Assembly (NCBI GenBank): GCA_963741955.1
Contig: CAVUKB010000006.1
Coordinates: forward strand, 96,001-160,000
DNA: 64,000 nt
Origin: an uncultured Acidobacteriota bacterium
GTDB taxonomy: Bacteria > Acidobacteriota > Thermoanaerobaculia > Gp7-AA8
Reading direction: 5' to 3'
Shown: one piece after another, positions 30,190-39,663 of the stretch
Numbering within the stretch: the first letter of the stretch is position 1
Layout: every line of letters begins with the position of its first letter
Notes under the pieces: model-generated
The model's input: the letters and a program-made list of their open reading frames with translations, nothing else
Databases searched by the model: none
What the model was told of the DNA's origin: nothing
Position numbers and translations under genes: made by a program

Positions 30190-30456
30190 CGGTCCTTGAC
30201 CTACGTCATCGATTCCGGGGTCGCCCCACTGGCGGAATACTCATGTTGACGACACCTCGAATCGACGGATCCGACTGATGGCGCACACGTGGGCTGGACC
30301 ACAGATACGGACTACCGGAATTCAGATTCCGCATTTGGCCAATGTATTGATATCTTCGCTCCCGAAACGAACATCCCGGCTCCGCGCCAGAAAGGCTTCG
30401 TGTACGAGTGGAGCGGATGCTCCTTCGCCGTGCCGCATGTCACTGGCGTCGCGGCT
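30190..30456 (+). pseudogene. Subtilisin (S8, proteinase K-like) remnant
   Basis: TYVIDSGV, GQCIDIFAP, SGCSFAVPHVTGVAA in broken frames; His motif absent; ends at MITE. Confidence 0.7.
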
Positions 30457-30621
30457 AGGAGTCTGCGCGATAGAAACGTCCGTAGCGAGAAAGCGGAGCA
30501 ACGAGGCCAAATTCGTTCGGATTTGAGGTGCGTAGCGGTGGCTACTCGCCGAAAATCCGGGCGGATTTGGACCGTTGATCCGCTTTCGCAGTAGGACAGT
30601 TTCGACCGCGCAGACTCCTAG
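30455..30621. mobile_element. MITE family A copy 1 (TIR GGAGTCTGCGCG, CTAG flanks)
   Basis: CTAGGAGTCTGCGCG...CGCGCAGACTCCTAG; three copies in window. Confidence 0.88.
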
Positions 30622-30802
30622 CCCGCATTTCTCACACCATCTCGTCGCCAGGAGGCGGAGAGTGGCCTGGATGCAAGGCGCGCCCCGCTTCGGCGACGAA
30701 GGCATAGTGGTGACTATGTCGAGGAGCCGAAGCCGGGCGCAACGCAACAGACAGGCCGCTATCCGGCTCCGCAGCAGAGATGGCGTGAGAAATGCGGGCC
30801 AG
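30618..30802. mobile_element. MITE family B copy 1 (TIR GCCCGCATTTCTCAC)
   Basis: GCCCGCATTTCTCACACCATCTC...GAGATGGCGTGAGAAATGCGGGC; second copy at 56523. Confidence 0.88.
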
Positions 30803-30957
30803 GTTCATGATGATCGATAAGACCGCCAATCCATCAACCATCGAGGGCTACATCAAAGCGAAGGCAACCGTCGACAGGCTCCATGACATCGGAACCGGAT
30901 CACCCAACCTTCTCTTGTATTCGGTCCGGCGCAGCCGGACAACCGGAGGATTCTGAC

Positions 30958-31671
30958 GTGCGAAGCGCGGCAATTGCTCTGATTATTGGGTCGATCCTCT
31001 CGCTTCCGCAGACCGGATCCGCGGCCACTGCGGAACGCGAGCGGATCCTTCTGCCTGTACAGGCCGTGATGCAGCCAGGGGCGTTCGGCTCGATCTGGAA
31101 CACGACCACATCGATCTACAACGCGGGTGGGAGCAGCGTCATGCTGTTCTTACCGCCGACCGGGGCAGCGAGGGAGATCGCCCCCGGGGCGACGATCACG
31201 GATCTCCATGCAGGAGCGGTCGAAGTTTCCGCCGATGAAGCGGACGCAATCTACATTCGCACCATACTGAGAAACGTAGCCGATCCGCTCGACGTCGGTA
31301 CGGCAGTATCGTCGGTTCGTCCCTCCGGTTGGCAGACGGGCGCACTGCGGGTGGCCGGAGTCCCGATTATCATCGGGGCCAGATATCGCTTGCGGGTCTT
31401 TTCGACCTCCGAAAGCGTCGATCTGATATCGGTCGACGTGATCGATTCGAACAGCGGGCATACGGTCTTTTCTTCGTCGGGACATCTCGACGGCGCCCTC
31501 CCCTGGAGCCGGTCGGAATTCGATCTCGGAGATCCCACGAGTTGGTCAGGGGCCGATGAGAACGCGCGATTGGTCGTTCGAGCAGAAGATGACGGCGCTC
31601 CTCTCTACGCGCTCCTCAGTACTACCGACAACGTGACACAGCGAGTTCTGTTGTTGACATCGGATCGTTAG
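30958..31671 (+). CDS. Secreted hypothetical protein
   Basis: GGAGG RBS + GTG, signal peptide; ILLPV...PGAFGSIWNT...IYN motif. Confidence 0.75.
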   Translation: MRSAAIALIIGSILSLPQTGSAATAERERILLPVQAVMQPGAFGSIWNTTTSIYNAGGSSVMLFLPPTGAAREIAPGATITDLHAGAVEVSADEADAIYIRTILRNVADPLDVGTAVSSVRPSGWQTGALRVAGVPIIIGARYRLRVFSTSESVDLISVDVIDSNSGHTVFSSSGHLDGALPWSRSEFDLGDPTSWSGADENARLVVRAEDDGAPLYALLSTTDNVTQRVLLLTSDR

Positions 31672-31740
31672 CAGCGGCCACCGGCTGCGCGCCACGAACG
31701 CGCGCCCCTGAAGGGTCCTCGAGCCTTTATAATCTCACGC

Positions 31741-32513
31741 ATGCAGATGGACCCAGCCGTCTCCTCGTGGATCGAGCTCGTTCTTCGTTGGAGCCACGTC
31801 GCCTTCGCGTTCGCATGGGTCGGATTCGGATGGTTCTTCGTCTGGATCGCGGCACCGGCAGTCTCGAAGCTCTCCGGCCCGGCGCGGAACGAAGCGGCGC
31901 CGCTCCTGCTCGGGCGCGGCCTCCGCTGGCTCGGATGGAGCGCCGTCTTCGGATGGATCACCGGTCTCTTTCTCCTCGTGTTTCTCTACTACTTTCGCTT
32001 TTCGGCGGCGATGTTCGAGGCGGGTGGACGGCACGACACGACCGTCGCGACGGCGATTCTCGTCGCGGCGCTCGTTCTGGTGTACGTCTACGACCTTCTT
32101 CTCAGGCTGATCCCCAGCCGCATCGCGGGGACGTCAGTGGCGATTCTCCTCCTGCTCGGAATCTACCTGGCGATGGAGAAGATCGGGAACTTCAACGGAC
32201 GTGCGCTCTACATCCACACCGGAGCGATCCTCGGGAGTGCGATCGCACTGAACGCGATGATGCGGTGATTCCCTCGCAGAGGCGCATTCTCTCTGCGATG
32301 CGGGAAGGAAGGGCCCCGGATCCGAAATGGGGGGCCATGTCTTCACTTCGGGCCAGGCAGAACGCGTACATGGCTCTTCCCGCCATCTTCTTCATGCTCA
32401 GCAGCCACTTCGGAGCGATCTGGAGCAGCGAGTTTCGCGACCTCTACGCGGCGATCGTCTTCGTCTGCGGTCTACTGGTGGTGAAGCTGGTGTTTCTGAG
32501 AGGAGAGAAGTAA
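31741..32513 (+). pseudogene. Urate hydroxylase PuuD-like membrane protein, frameshift at ~32265
   Basis: LRWSHV..AWVG; GRALYIHTGAILG; continues in another frame VIPSQ...LRARQNAYMALPAIFFMLSSHF. Confidence 0.72.
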
Positions 32514-32556
32514 GAGGAGACACCGCAACTGCCGACCCGCGCCGTCGCGGCGGCTC

Positions 32557-33582
32557 TCAGTTCCAGGACCGCGGCACGAAGAGCTTCGAGTAGAGATTGA
32601 TCGCGTAGCGGTCCGTCATCCCGGCGATGAAATCGATCGCCAGCCGCTCCACGGGCTCGCCGCTGCTCACGTCGAGATATTCGCCGGGGCGTTCCATCAC
32701 GTGATGGAAGAGGGCGACGAGCATGTTCTGCGCCTTCTCGAACTCGTTTCTCACCTGCGGAATCAGGTAGACGTTCTGGAACATGAACGCCCGCAGCTCT
32801 TCGAGCGCGCCGAGGACCTCGGGGGACATCGCAATCGCCTGGTAATCGCAGGCGAGCGTCTCGTCGATGACGTCGCGTACCATTCGATCGATGCGGCTCC
32901 GGGGATTGAACCCGAGCACGTCCCGGATCGCTCGCGGAATCTCTTCTTCCCGGAGGAGGCCGGCGCGGATTCCGTCGTCGATGTCGTGATTCACGTAGGC
33001 GATGATGTCCGCGAGCCGCACCACGTCACCCTCGAGGGTGAGGGCCCGCGCCTTGGGACGGCTCCGGATGATCTCGCCTTTCTCCCCTTTGGAGTGCTTG
33101 AGAATGCCGTCCCGCACTTCCACGGTGAGGTTGAGGCCCTTCCCTTCGCGTTCGAGTACTTCCACCACCCGCACCGACTGCCGGTAGTGGTCGAAGCCTC
33201 CCTTGACCAGTTTGTTGAGCGCGGCCTCTCCCGCGTGACCGAATGGCGAATGCCCGAGGTCGTGGCCGAGCCCGATGGCTTCGGCCAGGACTTCGTTGAG
33301 GCGGAGAGACTTTGCGATGGTGCGCGCGATCTGAGTCACTTCGAGCACGTGAGTCAGACGTGTCCGATAGTGATCCCCTTCCGGCGCCAGGAAGACCTGC
33401 GTCTTGTGCTTGAGACGGCGGAACGATTTGCAGTGAATGATCCGGTCGCGGTCGCGCTGGTAGGACGGACGGATGTCGTCCTCCGGATCCTCCCGGTCAC
33501 GTCCGCGCGTCTCCGCACTTCGGGCCGCACGAGGGACGAGCGTCTCGAGCTCGATCCGCTCGAGCATCTCTCGAATGTTCAT
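32557..33582 (-). CDS. dgt: Deoxyguanosinetriphosphate triphosphohydrolase-like HD protein
   Basis: RDRDRIIH..SFRRLKHKTQVF, RTRLTH, HDLGHSPFGHAGE, DFIAGMTD. Confidence 0.92.
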   Translation of the reverse strand: MNIREMLERIELETLVPRAARSAETRGRDREDPEDDIRPSYQRDRDRIIHCKSFRRLKHKTQVFLAPEGDHYRTRLTHVLEVTQIARTIAKSLRLNEVLAEAIGLGHDLGHSPFGHAGEAALNKLVKGGFDHYRQSVRVVEVLEREGKGLNLTVEVRDGILKHSKGEKGEIIRSRPKARALTLEGDVVRLADIIAYVNHDIDDGIRAGLLREEEIPRAIRDVLGFNPRSRIDRMVRDVIDETLACDYQAIAMSPEVLGALEELRAFMFQNVYLIPQVRNEFEKAQNMLVALFHHVMERPGEYLDVSSGEPVERLAIDFIAGMTDRYAINLYSKLFVPRSWN

Positions 33583-33596
33583 CCGGGAGATCCGAA

Positions 33597-33890
33597 TCAG
33601 CTCTGGTTCTTCTTATCGTTCAGCGTGTCACGCAGATCTTTTCCCGCTTTGAAGCGAACGCTTCGGCTCGCAGGGATGTGAATCTCTTCCTTCGTGCGGG
33701 GGTTCCGGCCGGTGCGCGCCTTCCGCTCGGAGACGGCAAACGTCCCCAGACCGGGCACCGAGCAGCGCTCGCCCCGGGTGCACGAGTCGGCGATGAAACT
33801 GACGAAGGCATCGTAAGCGTCGCTCGCTTCTTTCTTGGAGATTCCAGCCTTCTCGGCGATCGCACTGACGATGTCCGCTTTCCCTGCCAT
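33597..33890 (-). CDS. hup: HU family DNA-binding protein
   Basis: GLGTF...RKARTGRNPRT...VRFKAGK. Confidence 0.93.
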   Translation of the reverse strand: MAGKADIVSAIAEKAGISKKEASDAYDAFVSFIADSCTRGERCSVPGLGTFAVSERKARTGRNPRTKEEIHIPASRSVRFKAGKDLRDTLNDKKNQS

Positions 33891-33989
33891 ACGTTCCTCC
33901 TCAAATAGCACGTCGCACAACGCGACGGACATGCCGCCCAATCTAGGTAGTTTCCGGGATGAAGTCAACGCGCAGAGAGTGACGGCGGT

Positions 33990-34901
33990 TCACGGTGCGT
34001 CGCTCCATCGCGTCTCGATGGCGTTCTTGTGCACCTTGCGCAACGCGAGCTCGACCGCAGTCTGGAAGTCCATCGGCCTGACGTCGGGGAAGCAATCCGC
34101 GGCCCGGCGGAGGTCCGCCCGGACGCCGCGGTGCAGTGCTTCGATGGTCGGAAGGACCAGTCTTCCCGACAGCGGCGTGACGGCTCCGATCCAGAGCGCG
34201 GAAAGCCGCGGGAAAGAGAAAGGGATCGCGATGATCGCACGACGGAGATCCCTCAGTTCCGCGTATGTCTCCATCATGGAGCGAAACGTGATCGGATCGG
34301 CTCCGATCTCCACCACGCCGTTGACGTCTGATTCGATTCCTTCCACCAGAATCGAGAGAACGTCGCGGATGGCGATCGGCTGCACCGGGCGGTCGATCCA
34401 CGCCGGAGCAATCATCACCGCGGTCTCTTCGGTGATGCTTCGGACCATCTCGAAGAGAATCGAGCCGGAACCGACGATCGGCCCGGCACGGAGCTCGAGT
34501 GCGGGACGATCCCGGCGGAGAATCGCACCGACCCGCGCGCGGCTCTCGAGGCGAGGGGCACGTCGCCACTCCGGAAGAAGTGAGCCGAGGTAGACCAGGC
34601 GCGAGAGTGGCCGCGCGGCGCGGGCGAAGTTTTCCGCCAGCTGGAGATCCTTTTCATCGTATCGCGCGGTACGAAACGAGTGCACGAGGTAGTACGCCGC
34701 ATCGGCACCCGCCAGGGCTTGCCGGGTCGCCGCCTCGTCGAGAAGGTCCGCCACGCGCACCTCCACGTCGCGATGCCAGCGCCGCATCTCGACGTCCTGC
34801 GTCGCGCGCACGATCACCCTCAACTCGTGGCCACGCTCGAGGAGACGGGGCACCAGTCGTCCTCCCACGTAACCCGTTGCTCCGGTGACTGCGATCCTCA
34901 T
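33990..34901 (-). CDS. YbjT-like NAD(P)-binding atypical SDR (no C-terminal DUF2867 extension seen)
   Basis: VTGATGYVGGRLV, YYLVHS, RAGPIVGSGS, QPIAIRDVL. Confidence 0.8.
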   Translation of the reverse strand: MRIAVTGATGYVGGRLVPRLLERGHELRVIVRATQDVEMRRWHRDVEVRVADLLDEAATRQALAGADAAYYLVHSFRTARYDEKDLQLAENFARAARPLSRLVYLGSLLPEWRRAPRLESRARVGAILRRDRPALELRAGPIVGSGSILFEMVRSITEETAVMIAPAWIDRPVQPIAIRDVLSILVEGIESDVNGVVEIGADPITFRSMMETYAELRDLRRAIIAIPFSFPRLSALWIGAVTPLSGRLVLPTIEALHRGVRADLRRAADCFPDVRPMDFQTAVELALRKVHKNAIETRWSDAP

Positions 34902-35039
34902 CGGTTCACCTGCTCCGCGCATCGCACCGGAGCCCGGCGCCATTTTCCTGCTCTTTCCGCGATGCGTCGAGAGAGCCGCACCGATCCTCGGAAAGAGGTG
35001 TCCGTGGCGAGGCTCGAGGCACTGAATTCACCGCCACTC

Positions 35040-35115
35040 GATTTATTCGTCAAGTACGATGAAAAACAGAATATTATTCGTGTAAAATGCCGCTTCTCAG
35101 TACTTTATTCTGTAT
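35040..35115 (-). promoter_or_regulatory. AT-rich putative promoter/operator with three TTATTC motifs spaced 31 bp
   Basis: TTATTC at 35043, 35074, 35105; TTGACG -35-like on minus strand. Confidence 0.4.
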
Positions 35116-35207
35116 TGTGGCCTCTACTGCGAACATCGATCTCAGCCCGGAGCGCCGGTGACGATAAGGTGGACCATGGTCGGTCCCATGCGGATCGCGT
35201 CCACGGC

Positions 35208-35375
35208 CCAGGAGTCTGCGCGATAGAAACGTCCGTAGCGAGAAAGCGGAGCGACGAGGCCAAATTCGTTCGGATTTGAGGTGCGTAGCGGTGGCTACTC
35301 GCCGAAAATCCGGACGGATTTGGACCGCTGATCCGCTTTCGCAGTTAGGACAGTTTCTACCGCGCAGACTCCTGG
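35208..35375. mobile_element. MITE family A copy 2
   Basis: CCAGGAGTCTGCGCG...CGCGCAGACTCCTGG; near-identical to 30455-30621. Confidence 0.88.
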
Positions 35376-35406
35376 CTCGTCTTCGCTCACGTCGAGGAGC
35401 GTGAGC

Positions 35407-36699
35407 TCACAACGTGCGCGTCCGTCGCAATCCGAACGCGGTGAATCCGTCCGTTCCTGCGTCGGGAGTGAGCTGGAGCCAACCGTCCGTCAGCCACGGC
35501 GTGACCTCCGGGGATGCCGTCGACGCGAGATCGAACCGCTCGAACTCGGGATGATCGCCGAGGACCCGGGAGACGAGATCTTCGTTCTCCTCCGGTTCGA
35601 GCGAGCAGGTGGAGTAGATGCAGATCCGCTCGGTCAGTTCGAGTGCCTGATGGAGAAGCGCGCTCTGAAGCGCCACGTATCCGCGGATCGCCTCCTCGCT
35701 CGTCCGCCACTTGATCTCCGGATTCTTTCGGATGGTTCCGGTCGCGCTGCATGGCGCATCGACCAGTACGCCGTCGAAGCGATGGCGGAAGGGCGGCCGC
35801 CGGCCGTCGCCGGCGACGAGATGCGCCGGTGCGCCGCGGAAACGCGGCGCCGTCGACGAGAGAAGCCGCAGCCTTCGCCACGAGATGTCGTGACTGACTA
35901 CCCGGCGCGCACGCGCCATCAGCGCCAGCGACTTTCCTCCCGGCGCCGCGGCGAGGTCGAGCACATCGCCCATCCCGGACGGAAAGAGTCGCGCCACCGC
36001 GACGCTCCCCTCGTCCATCGGATAGACCAGGCCTTCCTCGATCTCCTTCTCGACCGCGTCGGTTCCCGTCCGGAGCCGCAGCATGTCCGGAAAGATCGGA
36101 GAACGCTCGTACGGGACGCTCCGTTCGTCGAGCCGCCCGGTCAGCGTCTCCATCGGGACGCGATCGCTGCGCACGAGGAGATCGGGATACGAGAGCTGCT
36201 GATTCGCCGCGACGATGGCGAGGGCACGATCGGCTCCGAAGCGGGCGATCCAGCGCTCGAGCAACCAGGGAGGATGTCCGTTCCGGACTGCCTCGCCCGC
36301 GACTCCGTCTCCCGCCGGGACGATGTTTTCGAGAGCGCTCGTGGACGCCCGGCGGAGCACCGCGTTGACGAAGCCGCTCGCCCGCGGCACCCGCCGTTTC
36401 GCAATCGCGACGCACTCGGAGACCGCCGCATACGGTGCGACGTCCATCCACATCAGCTGATAGATCCCGATGCGGAGGATCTGGCGTACGACCGGATCGA
36501 CCGACACGATCTTCCGGCCGGCGAGCTGCTCGATCACGTAGTCGAGACGGGAGCGCCAGCGGAGAACGCCGAGCACGAGGTGCCGGACGAACGCGGCACC
36601 GCGGACGAAGACCGCGTCGCTGTCGAGCTGAGGGGTCGCAGGGGCAGCATCGTTCTCGACACGCTCGAGAATGCGAAGAGCCTGATCGCGCTCACTCAC
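35407..36699 (-). CDS. rsmB: 16S rRNA m5C967 methyltransferase (NusB-like + RsmB)
   Basis: LRIGIYQL, GFVNAVLR, DLAAAPGGK, VDAPCSATG, YSTCSLEPEENE; follows fmt. Confidence 0.9.
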   Translation of the reverse strand: MSERDQALRILERVENDAAPATPQLDSDAVFVRGAAFVRHLVLGVLRWRSRLDYVIEQLAGRKIVSVDPVVRQILRIGIYQLMWMDVAPYAAVSECVAIAKRRVPRASGFVNAVLRRASTSALENIVPAGDGVAGEAVRNGHPPWLLERWIARFGADRALAIVAANQQLSYPDLLVRSDRVPMETLTGRLDERSVPYERSPIFPDMLRLRTGTDAVEKEIEEGLVYPMDEGSVAVARLFPSGMGDVLDLAAAPGGKSLALMARARRVVSHDISWRRLRLLSSTAPRFRGAPAHLVAGDGRRPPFRHRFDGVLVDAPCSATGTIRKNPEIKWRTSEEAIRGYVALQSALLHQALELTERICIYSTCSLEPEENEDLVSRVLGDHPEFERFDLASTASPEVTPWLTDGWLQLTPDAGTDGFTAFGLRRTRTL

Positions 36700-37685
36700 T
36701 CCAGACGGTCCCCGGACTTCATCCCGCGCGAACGGAGGAGTGACGCCGGATCGGAAGCGCGCTTCCCGGGCCGCTGAATCTTCGTAATGCGCACCGCGCC
36801 TGCGCCTGCCGCGACGACCACCGCGTCCCGTTCGACCCCGACGACCGTTCCGGGCGATTGCCGGCGAGCGTTCATCTCGAGCGGCAAATCGTCGGGGCCC
36901 GCGCCGCCCTCCTCCTCGGCTTCCCCTTCGGCGGCGATCACCGACATCTCCAGAATCTTCACCCGCTCGCCGCCGACCGTCGCACTCACGCCCGGCCACG
37001 GATCGAAGGCCCGGAACCGGTCGTAGATCCGTCGCGCCGGCTCCTCCCATCGCACTTCGCCTTCGCTCTTTTCGATCTTCGCCGCATACGTCGCGAGCTC
37101 GTGCTTCTGTTCCGACTCGACCGCGGTCCCCGCTTCCAGCCTGTCGATGGTCTCGAGCAGGAGCGGCCCGCCCGCTTCTGCGAGCTTCGCTGCGAGCGAC
37201 GGCGTGCGCTCATCCGTGCCGATCGGAATCGACTGCATCGCGAAAACGGGCCCGTGATCGAGCTCCGCGTCGACGCGCATGATGGTCACTCCCGTCACCG
37301 CCTCTCCATTCTGGATCGCCCGCTGGATCGGCGCAGCGCCGCGGTACTTCGGCAGGAGCGAGGCATGGACGTTGACGAAGCCGTGGCGCGGGACGTCCAG
37401 CAGCGCCTGCGGGAGGATCTTTCCGTACGCCACGACCACGCCGAGGTCGGGCCCGAAACCTCGTATTGCGTCGAGAAACTCCTCGTTGCGGATCTTCTCC
37501 GGCTGCATGAGCGGAATGCTCGCTTCGATCGCGAGCTGCGCGACGGGTGGTTTCTGCAGCTTCATCCCGCGGCCCGCGGGACGGTCCGGCTGCGCCGCCA
37601 CGCAGACCACTCGATGCTTCGACCCGATCAACGCCGCGAGAGCCGGCACCGCGAACTCCGGAGTCCCGAAGAAGACCACTTTCAT
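36696..37685 (-). CDS. fmt: Methionyl-tRNA formyltransferase
   Basis: FFGTPEFA, QPDRPAGRG, VVAYGKIL, NVHASLLPKYRGAAPI. Confidence 0.96.
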   Translation of the reverse strand: MKVVFFGTPEFAVPALAALIGSKHRVVCVAAQPDRPAGRGMKLQKPPVAQLAIEASIPLMQPEKIRNEEFLDAIRGFGPDLGVVVAYGKILPQALLDVPRHGFVNVHASLLPKYRGAAPIQRAIQNGEAVTGVTIMRVDAELDHGPVFAMQSIPIGTDERTPSLAAKLAEAGGPLLLETIDRLEAGTAVESEQKHELATYAAKIEKSEGEVRWEEPARRIYDRFRAFDPWPGVSATVGGERVKILEMSVIAAEGEAEEEGGAGPDDLPLEMNARRQSPGTVVGVERDAVVVAAGAGAVRITKIQRPGKRASDPASLLRSRGMKSGDRLE

Positions 37686-37776
37686 CCGGGGGACGTTAGC
37701 ACAACGATCGGGGATCAGGGGTCGGGGATCGGGGGTCGGAGGGGTACGCACAGACTTCGAGGAGCGAAGCGACCGA

Positions 37777-38050
37777 CGAATGCAGAATGCAGAGTTCAGA
37801 ATTCAGGCGCCACCGGCGGCCGACGGCCATCTTTGATCAAACGAATGGCGAGAGCGAATTCAAAAATCGTCCTCCTGCCCCGAAGGGGCGACGGAGGTTA
37901 GCCGGTGGCTGCCGCGAAGCGGCCGCCACCGGAAAGAGAGGAGCGCGATCATTCGTCGCACCCCGAAGGGGTGCCGGAGTTTCGCAGCAGGTGAAAGAAG
38001 GGCGGCGTCCATTCTCAACTCTGAATTCTGCATTTTGCATTCTGCATTCG
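37777..38050. repeat. REP-like element (CCCCGAAGGGG hairpins) bracketed by inverted GAATGCA heptamer runs
   Basis: GCCCCGAAGGGGC ~37877, CCGGTGG...CCACCGG, CACCCCGAAGGGGTG ~37959; GAATGCAGAATGCAGAG left, TGCATTTTGCATTCTGCATTC right. Confidence 0.7.
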
Positions 38051-38153
38051 TTGTTGCCGACCCGATTCCCACGCCCGTGCAGTCACGAGAAAGCCAAAGT
38101 CGGGGTTCGGATTGAGCGGCTGCCCGAACGTCAGCGTGCCGGAGCGCCTGCCG

Positions 38154-39629
38154 TCACCACAGCTCGCGCGGGAAGTCGCGGTAGAGGTTTCGGAAAGCGC
38201 GGTCGTAGGCGCTCTGGGCGTGGGCGATGCGCAGCATGTCCCCGGGGTGGACCGCACGTCTCGCGGCACGGCGCGGATTCTTCGCTCCCGCCTGATGGAT
38301 CTGCCGCCCGTACAGTTTACAGAAGCGCCGAAGCGAAAGCTTCGTCGGCGTGAGGGGATGCATGCAGTCGTGCACGTCATACGGTCTCGGCGCCCAGATC
38401 CGTTCGCGGATCCCTTCGTAGTCGTCCGTTCCCGGTGATGGTGTGCAGATGGTGATACTGAACTGCGCCGGAGGCATCGCTTCGATGTATCCGTGCAGTC
38501 TCGCGAAATCATCCTCGGTGAACTCGGGATCGAGCATGAAGGCCGCGTGCACCGCGATTCCTTCCGCCCGCAGTGCGTCGTGCGCACGTGCATTCTCTGC
38601 GACGGTCGATCCCTTCTTCGATCGCCGCAGCTCTTCGTCGGTGGAGAACTCGAATCCGAGGAATGCGGTGTCGAGCCCGAGCGCCCGCCAGCGGCGGAAG
38701 AGATCGGGAAAGCGGTTCACGGTCGTCGCGCGGGTCCAGGCGAAATAGCGTTTTCGAACCCCGCGCCGTTCGAGCGCCTCCGCCAACGCATGCGCGAAAT
38801 CGGGATCGATGAAGTTCTCGTCGTCGCAGAAGTAGACGTGATCGGTCGGGAGGGCGGCGATCTCTCGAGCGACCGCGCTCACCGGCCGCGGACGGTGCTC
38901 TCCATGGAAGAGTTTCGGGACGATGCAGAAGGAGCAGTTCATTCTGCAGCCGAACGAAGTGCGCACCATCGACGCCGGAACGAAGAGCCGCGAGAACATC
39001 GGAGCATCTTCCGTCGCCCAGACGCTGAAGTAGCTGCGTGCATTCCAAAGATCCCGCCGCGGCACCGGCATGGTGGCAGGGTCCGGAAACGACGGCCAGT
39101 TGTGAAGGGCGTAAGGCGTGAGCGATCCCGGAACGAGCACCCCCTCGATCGGTGCGAGCTCATGATGATGCGCGAGCGCGTCGACGATGCGGCGGAACGG
39201 CGCGCATCCTTCGCCGCGCACGATGGCGTCGATCTCCGGAATGTCGTAGTCGGCCGCGGCGACTGTCGCATGGTGTCCACCCACCACGATCTTCGTCTTC
39301 GGAAGCACCTCCCTCGCATCGCGCGCAAGCTGCTTGACCAGACTCGCCTCGTGCGTGTAGCCGGTGATCCCGACGAGGTCGGGATGCCATGCGTAGAGGA
39401 CGCGGCGGAACGCGAGATCCGCGAAGCGCTCCAGCCGCAGATCGAGCACCCGCACCTCGTGCTGCGTCGGAACGGCCGCAGCGAGATACCCGAGCTCGAT
39501 CGGCTCGAGCATCTGGAAACGGTGGAGCGCGACGATCGCGTCCAGACGCGGCTTCGGCTTGACCAGCAGGATCCGCAACCGCCGCGACGTGCGGATGGTG
39601 AGCGTCGGTTTCCGTTGGGTGTCGAGCAT
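38154..39629 (-). CDS. Cobalamin-binding radical SAM enzyme (HpnR-like)
   Basis: LEPIELGYLAA, VVGGHHAT, GEG; CRMNCSFC; DDENF, TPSPGT. Confidence 0.88.
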   Translation of the reverse strand: MLDTQRKPTLTIRTSRRLRILLVKPKPRLDAIVALHRFQMLEPIELGYLAAAVPTQHEVRVLDLRLERFADLAFRRVLYAWHPDLVGITGYTHEASLVKQLARDAREVLPKTKIVVGGHHATVAAADYDIPEIDAIVRGEGCAPFRRIVDALAHHHELAPIEGVLVPGSLTPYALHNWPSFPDPATMPVPRRDLWNARSYFSVWATEDAPMFSRLFVPASMVRTSFGCRMNCSFCIVPKLFHGEHRPRPVSAVAREIAALPTDHVYFCDDENFIDPDFAHALAEALERRGVRKRYFAWTRATTVNRFPDLFRRWRALGLDTAFLGFEFSTDEELRRSKKGSTVAENARAHDALRAEGIAVHAAFMLDPEFTEDDFARLHGYIEAMPPAQFSITICTPSPGTDDYEGIRERIWAPRPYDVHDCMHPLTPTKLSLRRFCKLYGRQIHQAGAKNPRRAARRAVHPGDMLRIAHAQSAYDRAFRNLYRDFPRELW

Positions 39630-39663
39630 GGCGCGAGGACGCCGGGAGCCGTCAACGACATCT

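Noticed and set aside
35040-35135. Tn7-like transposon end
   Set aside because: Spacing from the candidate terminal TGT does not fit and there is no partner end or tns genes
36860-36935. Acidic ~20-aa insertion in the Fmt C-terminal domain
   Set aside because: Falls in a variable loop; no intein or repeat features
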